From positions 568 to 64,567 of the forward strand of contig JAFTYD010000010.1 in the NCBI GenBank assembly GCA_017464845.1: DNA of 64,000 nt. Direction: 5' to 3'. This document shows, piece by piece, positions 28,229 through 35,922 of the stretch. The stretch comes from Clostridia bacterium. Its GTDB lineage: Bacteria; Bacillota; Clostridia; Christensenellales; UBA1242. The translations under genes and the position numbers were made by a program. The notes under the pieces are model-generated. The model did no database searches, was not told where the DNA came from, and was given only the letters and a program-made list of their open reading frames with translations. The stretch's first letter is position 1, and every line of letters begins with the position of its first letter.

Positions 28229-29488
28229 TTAACTTATCCTTTTTATATCAGCACCTAAATTTTGAAGTGCTTTTTCAAAACAATCATATCCTCTATCTAA
28301 ATGATGTACATTATAGACAGTTGTATAACCTTCTGCCACAAGTCCTGCAAGAGTTAAAGATGCAGTCCCCCTAAGGTCCATACCAACAACATCAGCACCA
28401 TAAAGTTTTTCTTTTCCAGTAACAAAAGCAATCCTATCTCTTAAATGAATATCTGCTCCCATTTTAATTAATTCTGGAACATGTTTAAATCTTGTTTCAA
28501 ATAAATTTTCAACAATCAAACATGAACCTTTACTAATCGTTTGTAAAGCTAAAATTTGAGATTGCAAATCAGTAGGCATTCCAGGATAAGCTTGTGTTTC
28601 TATTCTTCCAAGACTTTTTGGTCGTCCATCTGCTATGACTCTTATTTTATCATCAAAACAGTCTATTTTGCAAGCATATTTATCAATTTTTGTAATCAAC
28701 GCTATATTATGATTTGGATTAACATTTTTTATCGTTATATCTCCTCCACACATTGCACAAGCAATAATATATGTACCAGCAATTATTCTATCAGAAATTG
28801 GAGTATATTCTTTTCCTTGTAATTTTTCAACTCCTTCAATCGTTATAACATCTCCACCTGCGCCTGTAATTTTTGCACCAAGTTTATTTAAAAAATTTTG
28901 CAAATCTACAATTTCGGGTTCTTTTGCAGGATTGTATATTTTTGTAGTTCCTTTTGTTAAAACTGCACCCATCATTATATTTTCCGTTGCACCAACTGAA
29001 GCAAAATCAAGCACAATAGTCCCTGCAGTCATATTACTCCCATCACAATAAATATACCCATGTTTTTCAACAATTTTAACACCAAGTTTTTTTAAACCCT
29101 TAATATGTAAATCAATAGGTCTAATTCCTATTTCACACCCTCCAGGATATGCAACTTTAGCTTTTTTAAATCTTCCAAGAATAGCTCCAAGCATAAAAAT
29201 TGAAGACCTAACCTTTGAAGCTAAATTTGTTGGTATACAAAAATTATCAAAATAATCACAATTTATTTGCAAAATATCATCTATTTTTTCAACTTTTGCA
29301 CCTAAATATCTTAAAATATCACACATAGAATTGATATCACTAAAATTTGGACATTTATGTAATACAATTTTTCCCTCACTCAAAACACACCCTGCAAGAA
29401 TGGGAAGATAAGCATTTTTTGATGAATCAACAACTACTTCTCCAAAAAGTTTATTGCCACCATTTATTAAAAATTTTTCGTCTTTCAT
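28229..29488 (-). CDS. murA: UDP-N-acetylglucosamine 1-carboxyvinyltransferase
   Basis: 419 aa. Contains F.I.GG..L.GEV, the active-site region YPGGCEIGIRPIDLH and the typical C-terminus. Confidence 0.95.
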   Translation of the reverse strand: MKDEKFLINGGNKLFGEVVVDSSKNAYLPILAGCVLSEGKIVLHKCPNFSDINSMCDILRYLGAKVEKIDDILQINCDYFDNFCIPTNLASKVRSSIFMLGAILGRFKKAKVAYPGGCEIGIRPIDLHIKGLKKLGVKIVEKHGYIYCDGSNMTAGTIVLDFASVGATENIMMGAVLTKGTTKIYNPAKEPEIVDLQNFLNKLGAKITGAGGDVITIEGVEKLQGKEYTPISDRIIAGTYIIACAMCGGDITIKNVNPNHNIALITKIDKYACKIDCFDDKIRVIADGRPKSLGRIETQAYPGMPTDLQSQILALQTISKGSCLIVENLFETRFKHVPELIKMGADIHLRDRIAFVTGKEKLYGADVVGMDLRGTASLTLAGLVAEGYTTVYNVHHLDRGYDCFEKALQNLGADIKRIS

Positions 29489-29523
29489 AAGTAATTCCTA
29501 CAAAATCATTTTATGTATAAATA

Positions 29524-29557
29524 AAAAATAGGTGCAAAACATAATTCACCTATTTTT
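29524..29557 (-). terminator. Intrinsic terminator after the 29605-30051 GNAT gene
   Basis: 11-bp stem AAAAATAGGTG/CACCTATTTTT with a 12-nt loop. Confidence 0.6.
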
Positions 29558-29604
29558 ATTTAGATTTCAAAAATAACATTATTTAAGTAAATTTAATTTT
29601 AATT

Positions 29605-30051
29605 TTATATATCTTTTTTTAAATAAATCATATCAACAAGTTGAACTCCACATTCATAAATCGAATGGTCATAATTGTCAATAAAGAAATTTTTAATTTT
29701 ATCAAATTTAACAAAACCACATTTTTCATAAAAAGGAATTGTTAACAGACTATCACCTGTACCAACTTTCAAAGTAGAATAATTTTGTTTAAAAAAATCT
29801 TCAATAAAATTTATCATAGCTTTTGCATAACCTTTTCTTTGACTATTAGGTTTCGTTGCTATGTTTTTTATTTCAAGAGTTTTATCACCCTCATCTGTTA
29901 CAACACAAACACATTTAACTTCATCTTCATCATATAGAGCAAACATTATTCCTCTATCAAGATATTTATCAATCATACTTTCTTGTTCATCTGCTAAAAG
30001 TAATAATGACAAAAAATCTTTTTTATTCTTTTTAATTTCTTTTATTTCCAT
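29605..30051 (-). CDS. GNAT-family N-acetyltransferase (YvbK-like)
   Basis: 148 aa. Contains LLLLADEQESMIDKYLDRG and the acetyl-CoA motif QRKGYAKAMINF. Confidence 0.8.
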   Translation of the reverse strand: MEIKEIKKNKKDFLSLLLLADEQESMIDKYLDRGIMFALYDEDEVKCVCVVTDEGDKTLEIKNIATKPNSQRKGYAKAMINFIEDFFKQNYSTLKVGTGDSLLTIPFYEKCGFVKFDKIKNFFIDNYDHSIYECGVQLVDMIYLKKDI

Positions 30052-30064
30052 AGTTTTCCTTTAA

Positions 30065-30964
30065 TTATATTAACAATAGAAAGATTACTAATCCAATCAA
30101 ACTTATTCCACCAATGCTAGCCCAAATTATAATTTTCTTTTTATTTTTTTGTTGCACTTCTTGTTTGTATTTTTCTATATCATTTTCTAATTTATTTTTC
30201 TCTTCTAATTTTATCTTTTCTTCTCTTTGTTCATTTTGTTTTTCTTTTAACTTTTTCCAATGATTTGCATATTCATCAAACTTTTGTTCATCATATAAAA
30301 AATCTTTATGACTATTTGCAAATAATTTAAGTTGTGAAAGCATAGCAATTTTACTTACTTTTGAATTATTGTACAACCCCTCCAAAAATGCTGTATTTTC
30401 ATCTTTTTCAAATTTAAGATTATAAATAACATTTAATATAAATTTAAAATCTTTTTTTCTATAATTATCGTATATTTCTGTAATAAAAGTTGATTTATCT
30501 ATTGTATTTTTGTATTTTACGATATTATTTATGATATTACTATCGTTTAAATCATCAACACAAACATTTAACATTATATTAAATAATTTAAAATTTATAT
30601 CTAAATCTTTATTTGATAACAATTTTTTTATTGCAGAAGTTGAATCAATATTTTCAAAAATAACAAAACGTGCAATCACATTATTTAAATCACATTCTTG
30701 AACTTTTAATGCATATTCTTTCATATTATCAATATCGTTAAATCTACCAGAATAATACTCTAAAAGCATATTTTCTAAAACTGCACTTCTATTCAATTTT
30801 AAACCATCAATATTTTCAGATATGTTTATATTTGTAATGTTATTAACTATAACATCTTCAGTTATATAACTTGTACCACAATGTGTACATATACCACCTT
30901 TGCTTGCATTATCAACTTTTATATTCGCACCACAATTGGTGCATTTTGCCTTTATCAATGCCAT
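30065..30964 (-). CDS. Hypothetical tail-anchored protein with an N-terminal zinc ribbon
   Basis: 299 aa. CTNCGANIKVDNASKGGICTHCGTSY (CxxC...CxxC) is followed by a helical middle, a K/E coiled-coil segment and a C-terminal TM helix IIIWASIGGISLIGLVIFLLLI. Confidence 0.5.
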   Translation of the reverse strand: MALIKAKCTNCGANIKVDNASKGGICTHCGTSYITEDVIVNNITNINISENIDGLKLNRSAVLENMLLEYYSGRFNDIDNMKEYALKVQECDLNNVIARFVIFENIDSTSAIKKLLSNKDLDINFKLFNIMLNVCVDDLNDSNIINNIVKYKNTIDKSTFITEIYDNYRKKDFKFILNVIYNLKFEKDENTAFLEGLYNNSKVSKIAMLSQLKLFANSHKDFLYDEQKFDEYANHWKKLKEKQNEQREEKIKLEEKNKLENDIEKYKQEVQQKNKKKIIIWASIGGISLIGLVIFLLLI

Positions 30965-30984
30965 ATTAAAACTCCTACCTTTAA

Positions 30985-30995
30985 ATTATATCACA
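30985..30995 (-). promoter_or_regulatory. Extended -10 promoter (junction module A) for the 30065-30964 gene
   Basis: The - strand reads TGTGATATAAT, followed by TTTAAAGGTAGGAG (RBS) and the ATG. Confidence 0.55.
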
Positions 30996-31003
30996 GAATA
31001 AAA

Positions 31004-31040
31004 AAAATGCATACAATATAATTAATTTTGTATACATTTT
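31004..31040 (-). terminator. Intrinsic terminator (junction module A) after the 31084-31527 GNAT gene
   Basis: 13-bp stem AAAATGTATACAA/TTGTATGCATTTT (one G-U pair, on the - strand only) with an 11-nt loop, followed by a T-run. Confidence 0.7.
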
Positions 31041-31083
31041 AAACCAATTTTTCCCACTTAATAATCTTACTTTTACCAACAAA

Positions 31084-31527
31084 TTAGTTAAAAATTATTT
31101 CTAAATAAATATGTGTTTCATCTATTTTATAAACATTAAAACCTAGTCTTGCATAAAGTTTTTGTGCAGGATTTTCTTTATAAGTTTTTATTATTATTCT
31201 CTTTTTATTATTAGTTGCAATTTTTATATACTCTCTTAAAATTGAACTTGCAATACCCTTATTCTGATAATCTGGATGTACAACTATTAATCCAACTTCA
31301 TAATAATCGTTGTTTTCAGAAAATGTAGTTATCCCAACATCTTGCCCATCAACAACAATAATTTTCATATCTTTTAAGTTTTTATTTAATTCGTTTAAAG
31401 TTAATTGTTTTTGAATTTCATAATCCCAACCATATATTTTTTCGATGTACCATTTCATACCTAAGGTTTTTAAATTTAATATAAATTCTAAATCGTTTAA
31501 ACTACACTCTCTTAATTTATAATCCAT
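31084..31527 (-). CDS. GNAT-family N-acetyltransferase
   Basis: 147 aa. Contains VHPDYQNKGIASSIL and ARLGF. Confidence 0.8.
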   Translation of the reverse strand: MDYKLRECSLNDLEFILNLKTLGMKWYIEKIYGWDYEIQKQLTLNELNKNLKDMKIIVVDGQDVGITTFSENNDYYEVGLIVVHPDYQNKGIASSILREYIKIATNNKKRIIIKTYKENPAQKLYARLGFNVYKIDETHIYLEIIFN

Positions 31528-31613
31528 AAAACCTCCTATTTTTTATAAATTATATCATAAAATTTTCAAAAAAATATAATTCTATCAATTTTACTCTTTT
31601 AATATAAAATGAA

Positions 31614-31652
31614 ATAGAGCAAAATTTGTTACAAACTTAAATTCTGCTCTAT
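31614..31652 (-). terminator. Hairpin after the HD-domain gene (AGAGCA/TGCTCT family)
   Basis: 8-bp stem ATAGAGCA/TGCTCTAT with a 23-nt loop that is partly self-complementary, followed on the - strand by TTCATTTTAT. Confidence 0.45.
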
Positions 31653-31708
31653 ATTTTTATATTAATAAATTAGAAAAATTTTATAAAACCTAACATACAT
31701 TACTAGCT

Positions 31709-32359
31709 TTAGTTAACACTTTTAAATTCAATAAAATCAACTTTTATTTCATAACTATAAACATTTTTTAATTTTCTAAAAACTTCAAAGAGTTTTTCAA
31801 AATAGTAATTATTATTTAAATTTTTAAACAATTCCTTATTGGTGGTATAAATCTTAAGTCTAAAGTTATTATTTTTCTCCTTTGTCAATATAACTTTTTC
31901 AATACTTTTAAACAAAGGAAGATTTTCATGTTCTTTTCCATCATCTTTATATCGTTCTTTTGTAAAATCAAGTTTATCAGCCAATATTAAACACAATGAA
32001 ATGGGACATAGGAAATCATCTTCTTTTTTGCCACCATGACAAGCTATAGCACGACAAATTAAATTCACATCTTCTTCTACCATTTTATCTTTTAAGAATT
32101 CATAAACTAATTTACCACCATTACTTGCATGATTCTCTCTTCCCAGCATGTAACCAACATCATGTAAAGCACTTGCTATAAGCAATAAATCTTTTTGCTT
32201 TTGATTAAGACAAAAGATATCTGCTAAATACTTTGCATTTTTAATTACACCGTTAATATGAATAAATCCATGATTTACATAAAAATCTTTCTTTAGTTCT
32301 TCTATTTTTTTGTACGTTTCATTAAAATAATCACTTTTTAAAATATCTTCATAATTCAT
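31709..32359 (-). CDS. HD-domain metal-dependent phosphohydrolase
   Basis: Contains HGFIHINGV...ASALHDVGY...HGG. I prefer the start at 32359 (MNYEDIL). The track start at 32398 adds a 13-aa hydrophobic extension with no RBS. No SD precedes 32359 either, and TGTTATAAT lies 7 nt upstream. Confidence 0.7.
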   Translation of the reverse strand: MNYEDILKSDYFNETYKKIEELKKDFYVNHGFIHINGVIKNAKYLADIFCLNQKQKDLLLIASALHDVGYMLGRENHASNGGKLVYEFLKDKMVEEDVNLICRAIACHGGKKEDDFLCPISLCLILADKLDFTKERYKDDGKEHENLPLFKSIEKVILTKEKNNNFRLKIYTTNKELFKNLNNNYYFEKLFEVFRKLKNVYSYEIKVDFIEFKSVN

Positions 32360-32481
32360 ATTATTGATTATAACATATAAAAACAAAAATACATACAATT
32401 TTAAAAACTCTTTATTTAATTTTCATTTTATAACAAATTTTTATTTATTTTAGATTTAAAAAATTAAAAAATATTAAAAAA

Positions 32482-32499
32482 AGAGCAGTTTATTGCTCT
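32482..32499 (-). terminator. Intrinsic terminator overlapping the stop of the 32490-33029 GNAT gene (AGAGCA/TGCTCT family)
   Basis: 6-bp stem AGAGCA/TGCTCT with a 6-nt loop, followed on the - strand by TTTTTTTAATATTTTTT. Confidence 0.55.
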
Positions 32500-33029
32500 C
32501 TTTTATCAGTTTCCAACATTTCATAGTAACCTACATTATAAAACTTATCAAATCTAAATTCATGATCACGAATTGTACCAACATAAGTCATTCCAACTTT
32601 TTCCATAACCTTACCACTTGCAGGATTAATATCAAAATATCTAGCAATAACACTATGCAAACCAATTTCTTCAAATCCAAACTTAAGCATTGCTTTTGCA
32701 GCCTCTGTTGCAATACCATTATTCCAATATTTTCTAGCCACCCAATATCCCATTTCAGCTCGTCTTGTTTGAGGTGTAATATCCATTAAAGAAATACAAC
32801 CAATAATTTTATTTGGATTTTCCTTAAAACAAATCGCATATTCATAAGATGTTCCATCTTTTTCACGTTGTTGAAGTTTTAAAATCCAACTTTCAGCCAT
32901 TTCTTTTGTATAAGGCCAAGGTAATCCAAGTGTAGTTTTCACCATTTCATAATCGTTACAAACTTCATATATATCATTTGCATCATCAGGTACAAATCTT
33001 CTAATAATTAATCTTTCTGTTTCAATCAT
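32490..33029 (-). CDS. GNAT-family N-acetyltransferase (RimJ/RimL-like)
   Basis: I moved the start to the ATG at 33029 (RBS AGGAG). Translation: MIETERLIIRRFVPDDANDIY...GYWVARKYWNNGIATEAAKAMLKFGFEE. Confidence 0.85.
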   Translation of the reverse strand: MIETERLIIRRFVPDDANDIYEVCNDYEMVKTTLGLPWPYTKEMAESWILKLQQREKDGTSYEYAICFKENPNKIIGCISLMDITPQTRRAEMGYWVARKYWNNGIATEAAKAMLKFGFEEIGLHSVIARYFDINPASGKVMEKVGMTYVGTIRDHEFRFDKFYNVGYYEMLETDKREQ

Positions 33030-33296
33030 ATTTTTACTCCTACACATATATTGTAACATTAAAAAATGAAAATGTATATAGATTAAATACAAAATTATTT
33101 ATAATTTTCTCTAAAAAGTTTAAATTTAGCTCTTTTTTTTAGTTATTTATACACATTTAATACCATTTCAGTTACTGTCATAAAAATCTTAACTAATATT
33201 CTCCCACTAGAATAAATGAAAAATGAAATCATATTGATGGGATACTCATGTTACCACAAATTATTGCATTATCAATTAAATCATGCTTATCCTTAT

Positions 33297-33887
33297 TCAT
33301 TTTTTCATTAAATTATAATTTCCATTTTGATTTTTTGAAAAGCATAATTTGTTTGCTAAAAGCGTTCTAAGTTTGTCTACACCTTCTTTAAACTCTAAAT
33401 CAATACCTATATCTTCCATTTCTTTTGACAATATTTCAAATTGTTTCTCTTCTGGCAAATCTTTAATATCTTCATTATAAACATAATCTAAAAGTCCTAT
33501 CCCTTTAATATTTTGTAATTGGTGATAAGAATTTCCTTTTTTATATATACAGTCAGTTTTTGACGTGTCAAACGCTTTCTTGTAACCCTTTTCTAAAAGC
33601 ATTTCAGCAATTTCATTCGCCTTACTTTTATCGCATTTAAATTTATCAGGTTTCGATTTATCAAACAAAGAAAAATTATCAACACTATAACCTCCATTAG
33701 AATTTCTAAGTCTTACACAAGCAAATTTCAATTCTTGCTCACTCATATCTGACTCTAATTCTGTTTTTGTAAAATATAAATCTTGAGTTTTTGCTTTCCA
33801 AAACAGCTTATATCCTGCTTTCTCTAATAATTTCTCACATTTAGATTGATTATAATTTACTTTAAAAGCAACTTCAACTTCTGCCAT
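33297..33887 (-). CDS. Hypothetical protein, possibly CYTH-like fold
   Basis: 196 aa. The N-terminus MAEVEVAFKV..(L..AGY)..QDLYF, an internal ..VRLRN.. and a C-terminal ..IKGIGLLDYVYNED are spaced like CYTH/class IV cyclase strands. The canonical ExExK motif is not intact (EVEVAFK). Confidence 0.3.
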   Translation of the reverse strand: MAEVEVAFKVNYNQSKCEKLLEKAGYKLFWKAKTQDLYFTKTELESDMSEQELKFACVRLRNSNGGYSVDNFSLFDKSKPDKFKCDKSKANEIAEMLLEKGYKKAFDTSKTDCIYKKGNSYHQLQNIKGIGLLDYVYNEDIKDLPEEKQFEILSKEMEDIGIDLEFKEGVDKLRTLLANKLCFSKNQNGNYNLMKK

Positions 33888-33908
33888 AAAACTTTCTCCT
33901 ATACATGC

Positions 33909-33940
33909 ATTATATCACACAAATAAAAAAAATGTATACG
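33909..33940 (-). promoter_or_regulatory. Junction module B: extended -10 promoter for the 33297-33887 gene plus an orphan 3' terminator arm
   Basis: The - strand reads GCGTATACATTTTTTTTATTTGTGTGATATAAT, then GCATGTATAGGAG (RBS) and the ATG. It is homologous to modules A and C but lacks the 5' hairpin arm. Confidence 0.55.
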
Positions 33941-33949
33941 CCTTTATTA

Positions 33950-34200
33950 ATTTCAATTTTTCTGTAACACGGATTAGTTTTGTTATCAAACAAAGCTAGG
34001 CAGAAATTTAAGACAGAAGTTTACTAATACGTAAATGACTGGTTTGAATTTTTAGATAAAAACAGAATCAAATGGCGAAAATTATCCCTGCAAAATTGTC
34101 TATCAACACCACCCCTATTACACTCATAAAAACCAGTAAACTTGTACTACACGCACTTATGAAGGGTTAACCTTATGATAGGATTAAGCCTCTTAACAAC
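33950..34200 (-). ncRNA. Candidate structured non-coding RNA; class unknown and strand tentative
   Basis: There is no ORF longer than 32 codons. I counted 37% GC in 34081-34200, against ~13% in a typical spacer. The - strand is G-rich. Helices: 34162-34194; 34038-45 with 34130-37; 33975-98; 33959-64 with 34001-06. I recognised no known RNA signature. Confidence 0.3.
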
Positions 34201-34231
34201 GTTATTGTATTATAAAATTAGGTATTAAAAA

Positions 34232-34251
34232 AAGAGCAAATTATTGCTCTT
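34232..34251 (-). terminator. Intrinsic terminator after the 34266-34724 gene (AGAGCA/TGCTCT family)
   Basis: 8-bp stem AAGAGCAA/TTGCTCTT with a 4-nt loop, followed on the - strand by TTTTTTTAATACC. Confidence 0.7.
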
Positions 34252-34265
34252 GTAATATTAACTAA

Positions 34266-34724
34266 TTACCCTAATTCAATAATCACTTCGTGCGTATCTA
34301 AATTTTCTTGATATATAAATTGTTCTCCAAATGCAAGTCCATCATCATCTAAAATAACAACCCAAAATTCACCAAAAGCACAATCTATTTCTAAATTGCT
34401 TTTAGAAAGTCTTTTAACAATTTCTTCTTGTGTAATTTCATAGTCGAGATTTTGATGCCATTGATTTATTTCAAAACATAATTCTTTAGCAATAGTCATA
34501 AGTACTTTTTTATAATTTTCTTCAAAATTATTAAGAAATTTTTCACAAGTGTTTTTATAATCTTCTAATCGCTCATCAACAGTTATAAGAACTTTTACTT
34601 CTTTTTCATTTATAATAAAATTACCAGTATACTCATTATCTATAAATTTATCCCCAGAAAAATTTTCTTTTAAATTTAATTCATGACAACATAATTCTAA
34701 TGTTGGGTTTAATTTATCTTTCAT
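34266..34724 (-). CDS. Hypothetical protein (152 aa)
   Basis: A clean ORF with RBS AGAGGTAGG and its own promoter and terminator. It is acidic and I recognise no motif. Confidence 0.6.
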   Translation of the reverse strand: MKDKLNPTLELCCHELNLKENFSGDKFIDNEYTGNFIINEKEVKVLITVDERLEDYKNTCEKFLNNFEENYKKVLMTIAKELCFEINQWHQNLDYEITQEEIVKRLSKSNLEIDCAFGEFWVVILDDDGLAFGEQFIYQENLDTHEVIIELG

Positions 34725-34743
34725 ACCTACCTCTTACACTTTC

Positions 34744-34754
34744 ATTATAACACA
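34744..34754 (-). promoter_or_regulatory. Extended -10 promoter (junction module C) for the 34266-34724 gene
   Basis: The - strand reads TGTGTTATAAT, 20 nt upstream of the ATG, with the AGAGGTAGG RBS in between. Confidence 0.55.
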
Positions 34755-34766
34755 AAAAATATAAAA

Positions 34767-34802
34767 AAATGTATACATTTTGATTACTCTTTGTATACAT
34801 TT
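34767..34802 (-). terminator. Intrinsic terminator (junction module C) after ftsW
   Basis: 11-bp perfect stem AAATGTATACA/TGTATACATTT with a 14-nt loop, starting 10 nt after the ftsW stop. TTTTATATTTTTT follows. Confidence 0.75.
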
Positions 34803-34812
34803 CATTAAAAAA

Positions 34813-35922
34813 TTAAAATTTAATCCTTCTACTCTGCCTATCCACATTAAGAACAACTCCAATTGCCGACATAAAAACTAACAGTGAAGTTGAGCCGGCA
34901 GAGATGAAAGGAAGTGGCAATCCTGTTGGTGGGATTGAGCCTGTTACAACTGCCACATTTAATAACATTTGCACCCCTATAATATAAGCAATACCAATTA
35001 CCAATAAACAACCAAATCTATCCTTTGCATTCAACGCAATTTTTATAAGCAAGTATACCAAAACCAAATAAGTTAACATTAAAACAATACAACCAACATA
35101 TCCAAACTCTTCTCCAATAATTGAAAAAATAAAATCAGATTCAGCAAAAGGAAGAAATAAATATTTTTGTCTAGAATTAAAAAGACCAACACCAAACCAA
35201 CCACCTGAACCAAGAGAATATAATGATTGTATCAATTGAAAACCTTCACCTTGAGGTGATAACCAAGGGTCAATAAAAGCAAATAATCTTTTAAGTCTAT
35301 ATGGTTCAGAAATAATCAAAAGTGGAATCAAACTTGCACCACAACAAGAAAAAAATATTGTATGCTTTTTACTCATTCCTCCAACAATTAACATAAAGAA
35401 AATAACAATAGCAATACACATTGTTACACTCATACTAGGTTCCAAAATTACTAAAACACATAAAATTCCACCAACCAAAAAAACAGGTAAAAGAGCTTTA
35501 AATGTTTTTATCTTATCATGATTATCTGAAAGGTATGATGCAACAAATATAACAAGAGAAAACTTTGCAAGTTCCGATGGTTGAATAGAAACGCCTAGTA
35601 AATTTATCCATCTTTTTGCTCCAAAACTTTCCACCCCAAAACCTGGTATAAAAACACAAACCAAAAGTACTATCGTAATGATTAAAATTGGATATCTAAT
35701 TTTCTTTAAAATATGATAATCAATATATGTAAAAAACACAAAACCAACAATTCCAAGAATAACACCAATAACTTGTTTTATCAAGAAAAAATATTTGTTT
35801 GAATATCTAATTTGTGCAGAGTAAAAACTTGCACTATAAACCATAACACAGCCAAAAATTGCTAGTCCAAAAACTAGTAAAGATATTAACAAATATGTTT
35901 TATTAATTTTATTTTTTCTCAT
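34813..35922 (-). CDS. ftsW: SEDS-family peptidoglycan glycosyltransferase FtsW/SpoVE
   Basis: 369 aa, about 10 TM helices. Contains SEFAK-like PSELAKF, ESDFIFSIIGEEFG and GLPLPFISAGSTS. It lies after murD. Confidence 0.88.
   Translation of the reverse strand: MRKNKINKTYLLISLLVFGLAIFGCVMVYSASFYSAQIRYSNKYFFLIKQVIGVILGIVGFVFFTYIDYHILKKIRYPILIITIVLLVCVFIPGFGVESFGAKRWINLLGVSIQPSELAKFSLVIFVASYLSDNHDKIKTFKALLPVFLVGGILCVLVILEPSMSVTMCIAIVIFFMLIVGGMSKKHTIFFSCCGASLIPLLIISEPYRLKRLFAFIDPWLSPQGEGFQLIQSLYSLGSGGWFGVGLFNSRQKYLFLPFAESDFIFSIIGEEFGYVGCIVLMLTYLVLVYLLIKIALNAKDRFGCLLVIGIAYIIGVQMLLNVAVVTGSIPPTGLPLPFISAGSTSLLVFMSAIGVVLNVDRQSRRIKF

Noticed and set aside
34068-34170. Short ORFs inside the ORF-free element: + strand 34072-34170 (32 aa, MAKIIPAKLSINTTPITLIKT..) and - strand 34068-34127 (19 aa, MSVIGVVLIDNFAGIIFAI, hydrophobic and type-I-toxin-like).
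   Set aside because: Neither has a Shine-Dalgarno sequence, in a genome where real genes mostly have strong ones. Both are within chance expectation. I keep them only as a remote alternative explanation for the region.
33971-34190. Direct repeats GGATTAG (33971-33977) and GGATTAAG (34181-34188) flanking the element, considered as target-site duplications of a MITE-like insertion.
   Set aside because: There are no terminal inverted repeats just inside them, and the repeats are short and imperfect. The evidence for a mobile element is insufficient.
33946-34228. Tested whether the ORF-free element is RNase P RNA, tmRNA, SRP RNA, a T-box, or a TPP, FMN, preQ1, c-di-GMP or ykkC riboswitch.
   Set aside because: It lacks the hallmark strings I know: GAGGAAAGUCC for RNase P; GGGG..UUCGA and a CCA-proximal acceptor for tmRNA; GGAAG/AGCA for SRP domain IV; CUGAGA for TPP. 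A preQ1-like CCCCTATTACACTCATAAAAACC stretch has no complementary P1 arm. The nearest downstream gene has its own promoter between itself and the element, so a cis-leader role is unlikely.
30985-34802. TGTATACA palindromes, considered as repressor operator sites shared by three promoters.
   Set aside because: In two of the three sites the palindromes occur in pairs that form 11-13-bp stems followed by U-runs directly after a stop codon. They are better explained as arms of intrinsic terminators. The third site (33931-33940) is a single leftover arm.
29489-34812. The accessory insert considered as a prophage remnant, integrative element or defence island.
   Set aside because: It has no integrase, recombinase, transposase, tRNA target, phage structural genes, nuclease/helicase/ATPase defence hallmarks or toxin-antitoxin pairing. 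The GNATs have no adjacent antitoxin-like ORFs. The genes are mostly separated by terminators and look like miscellaneous small enzymes.
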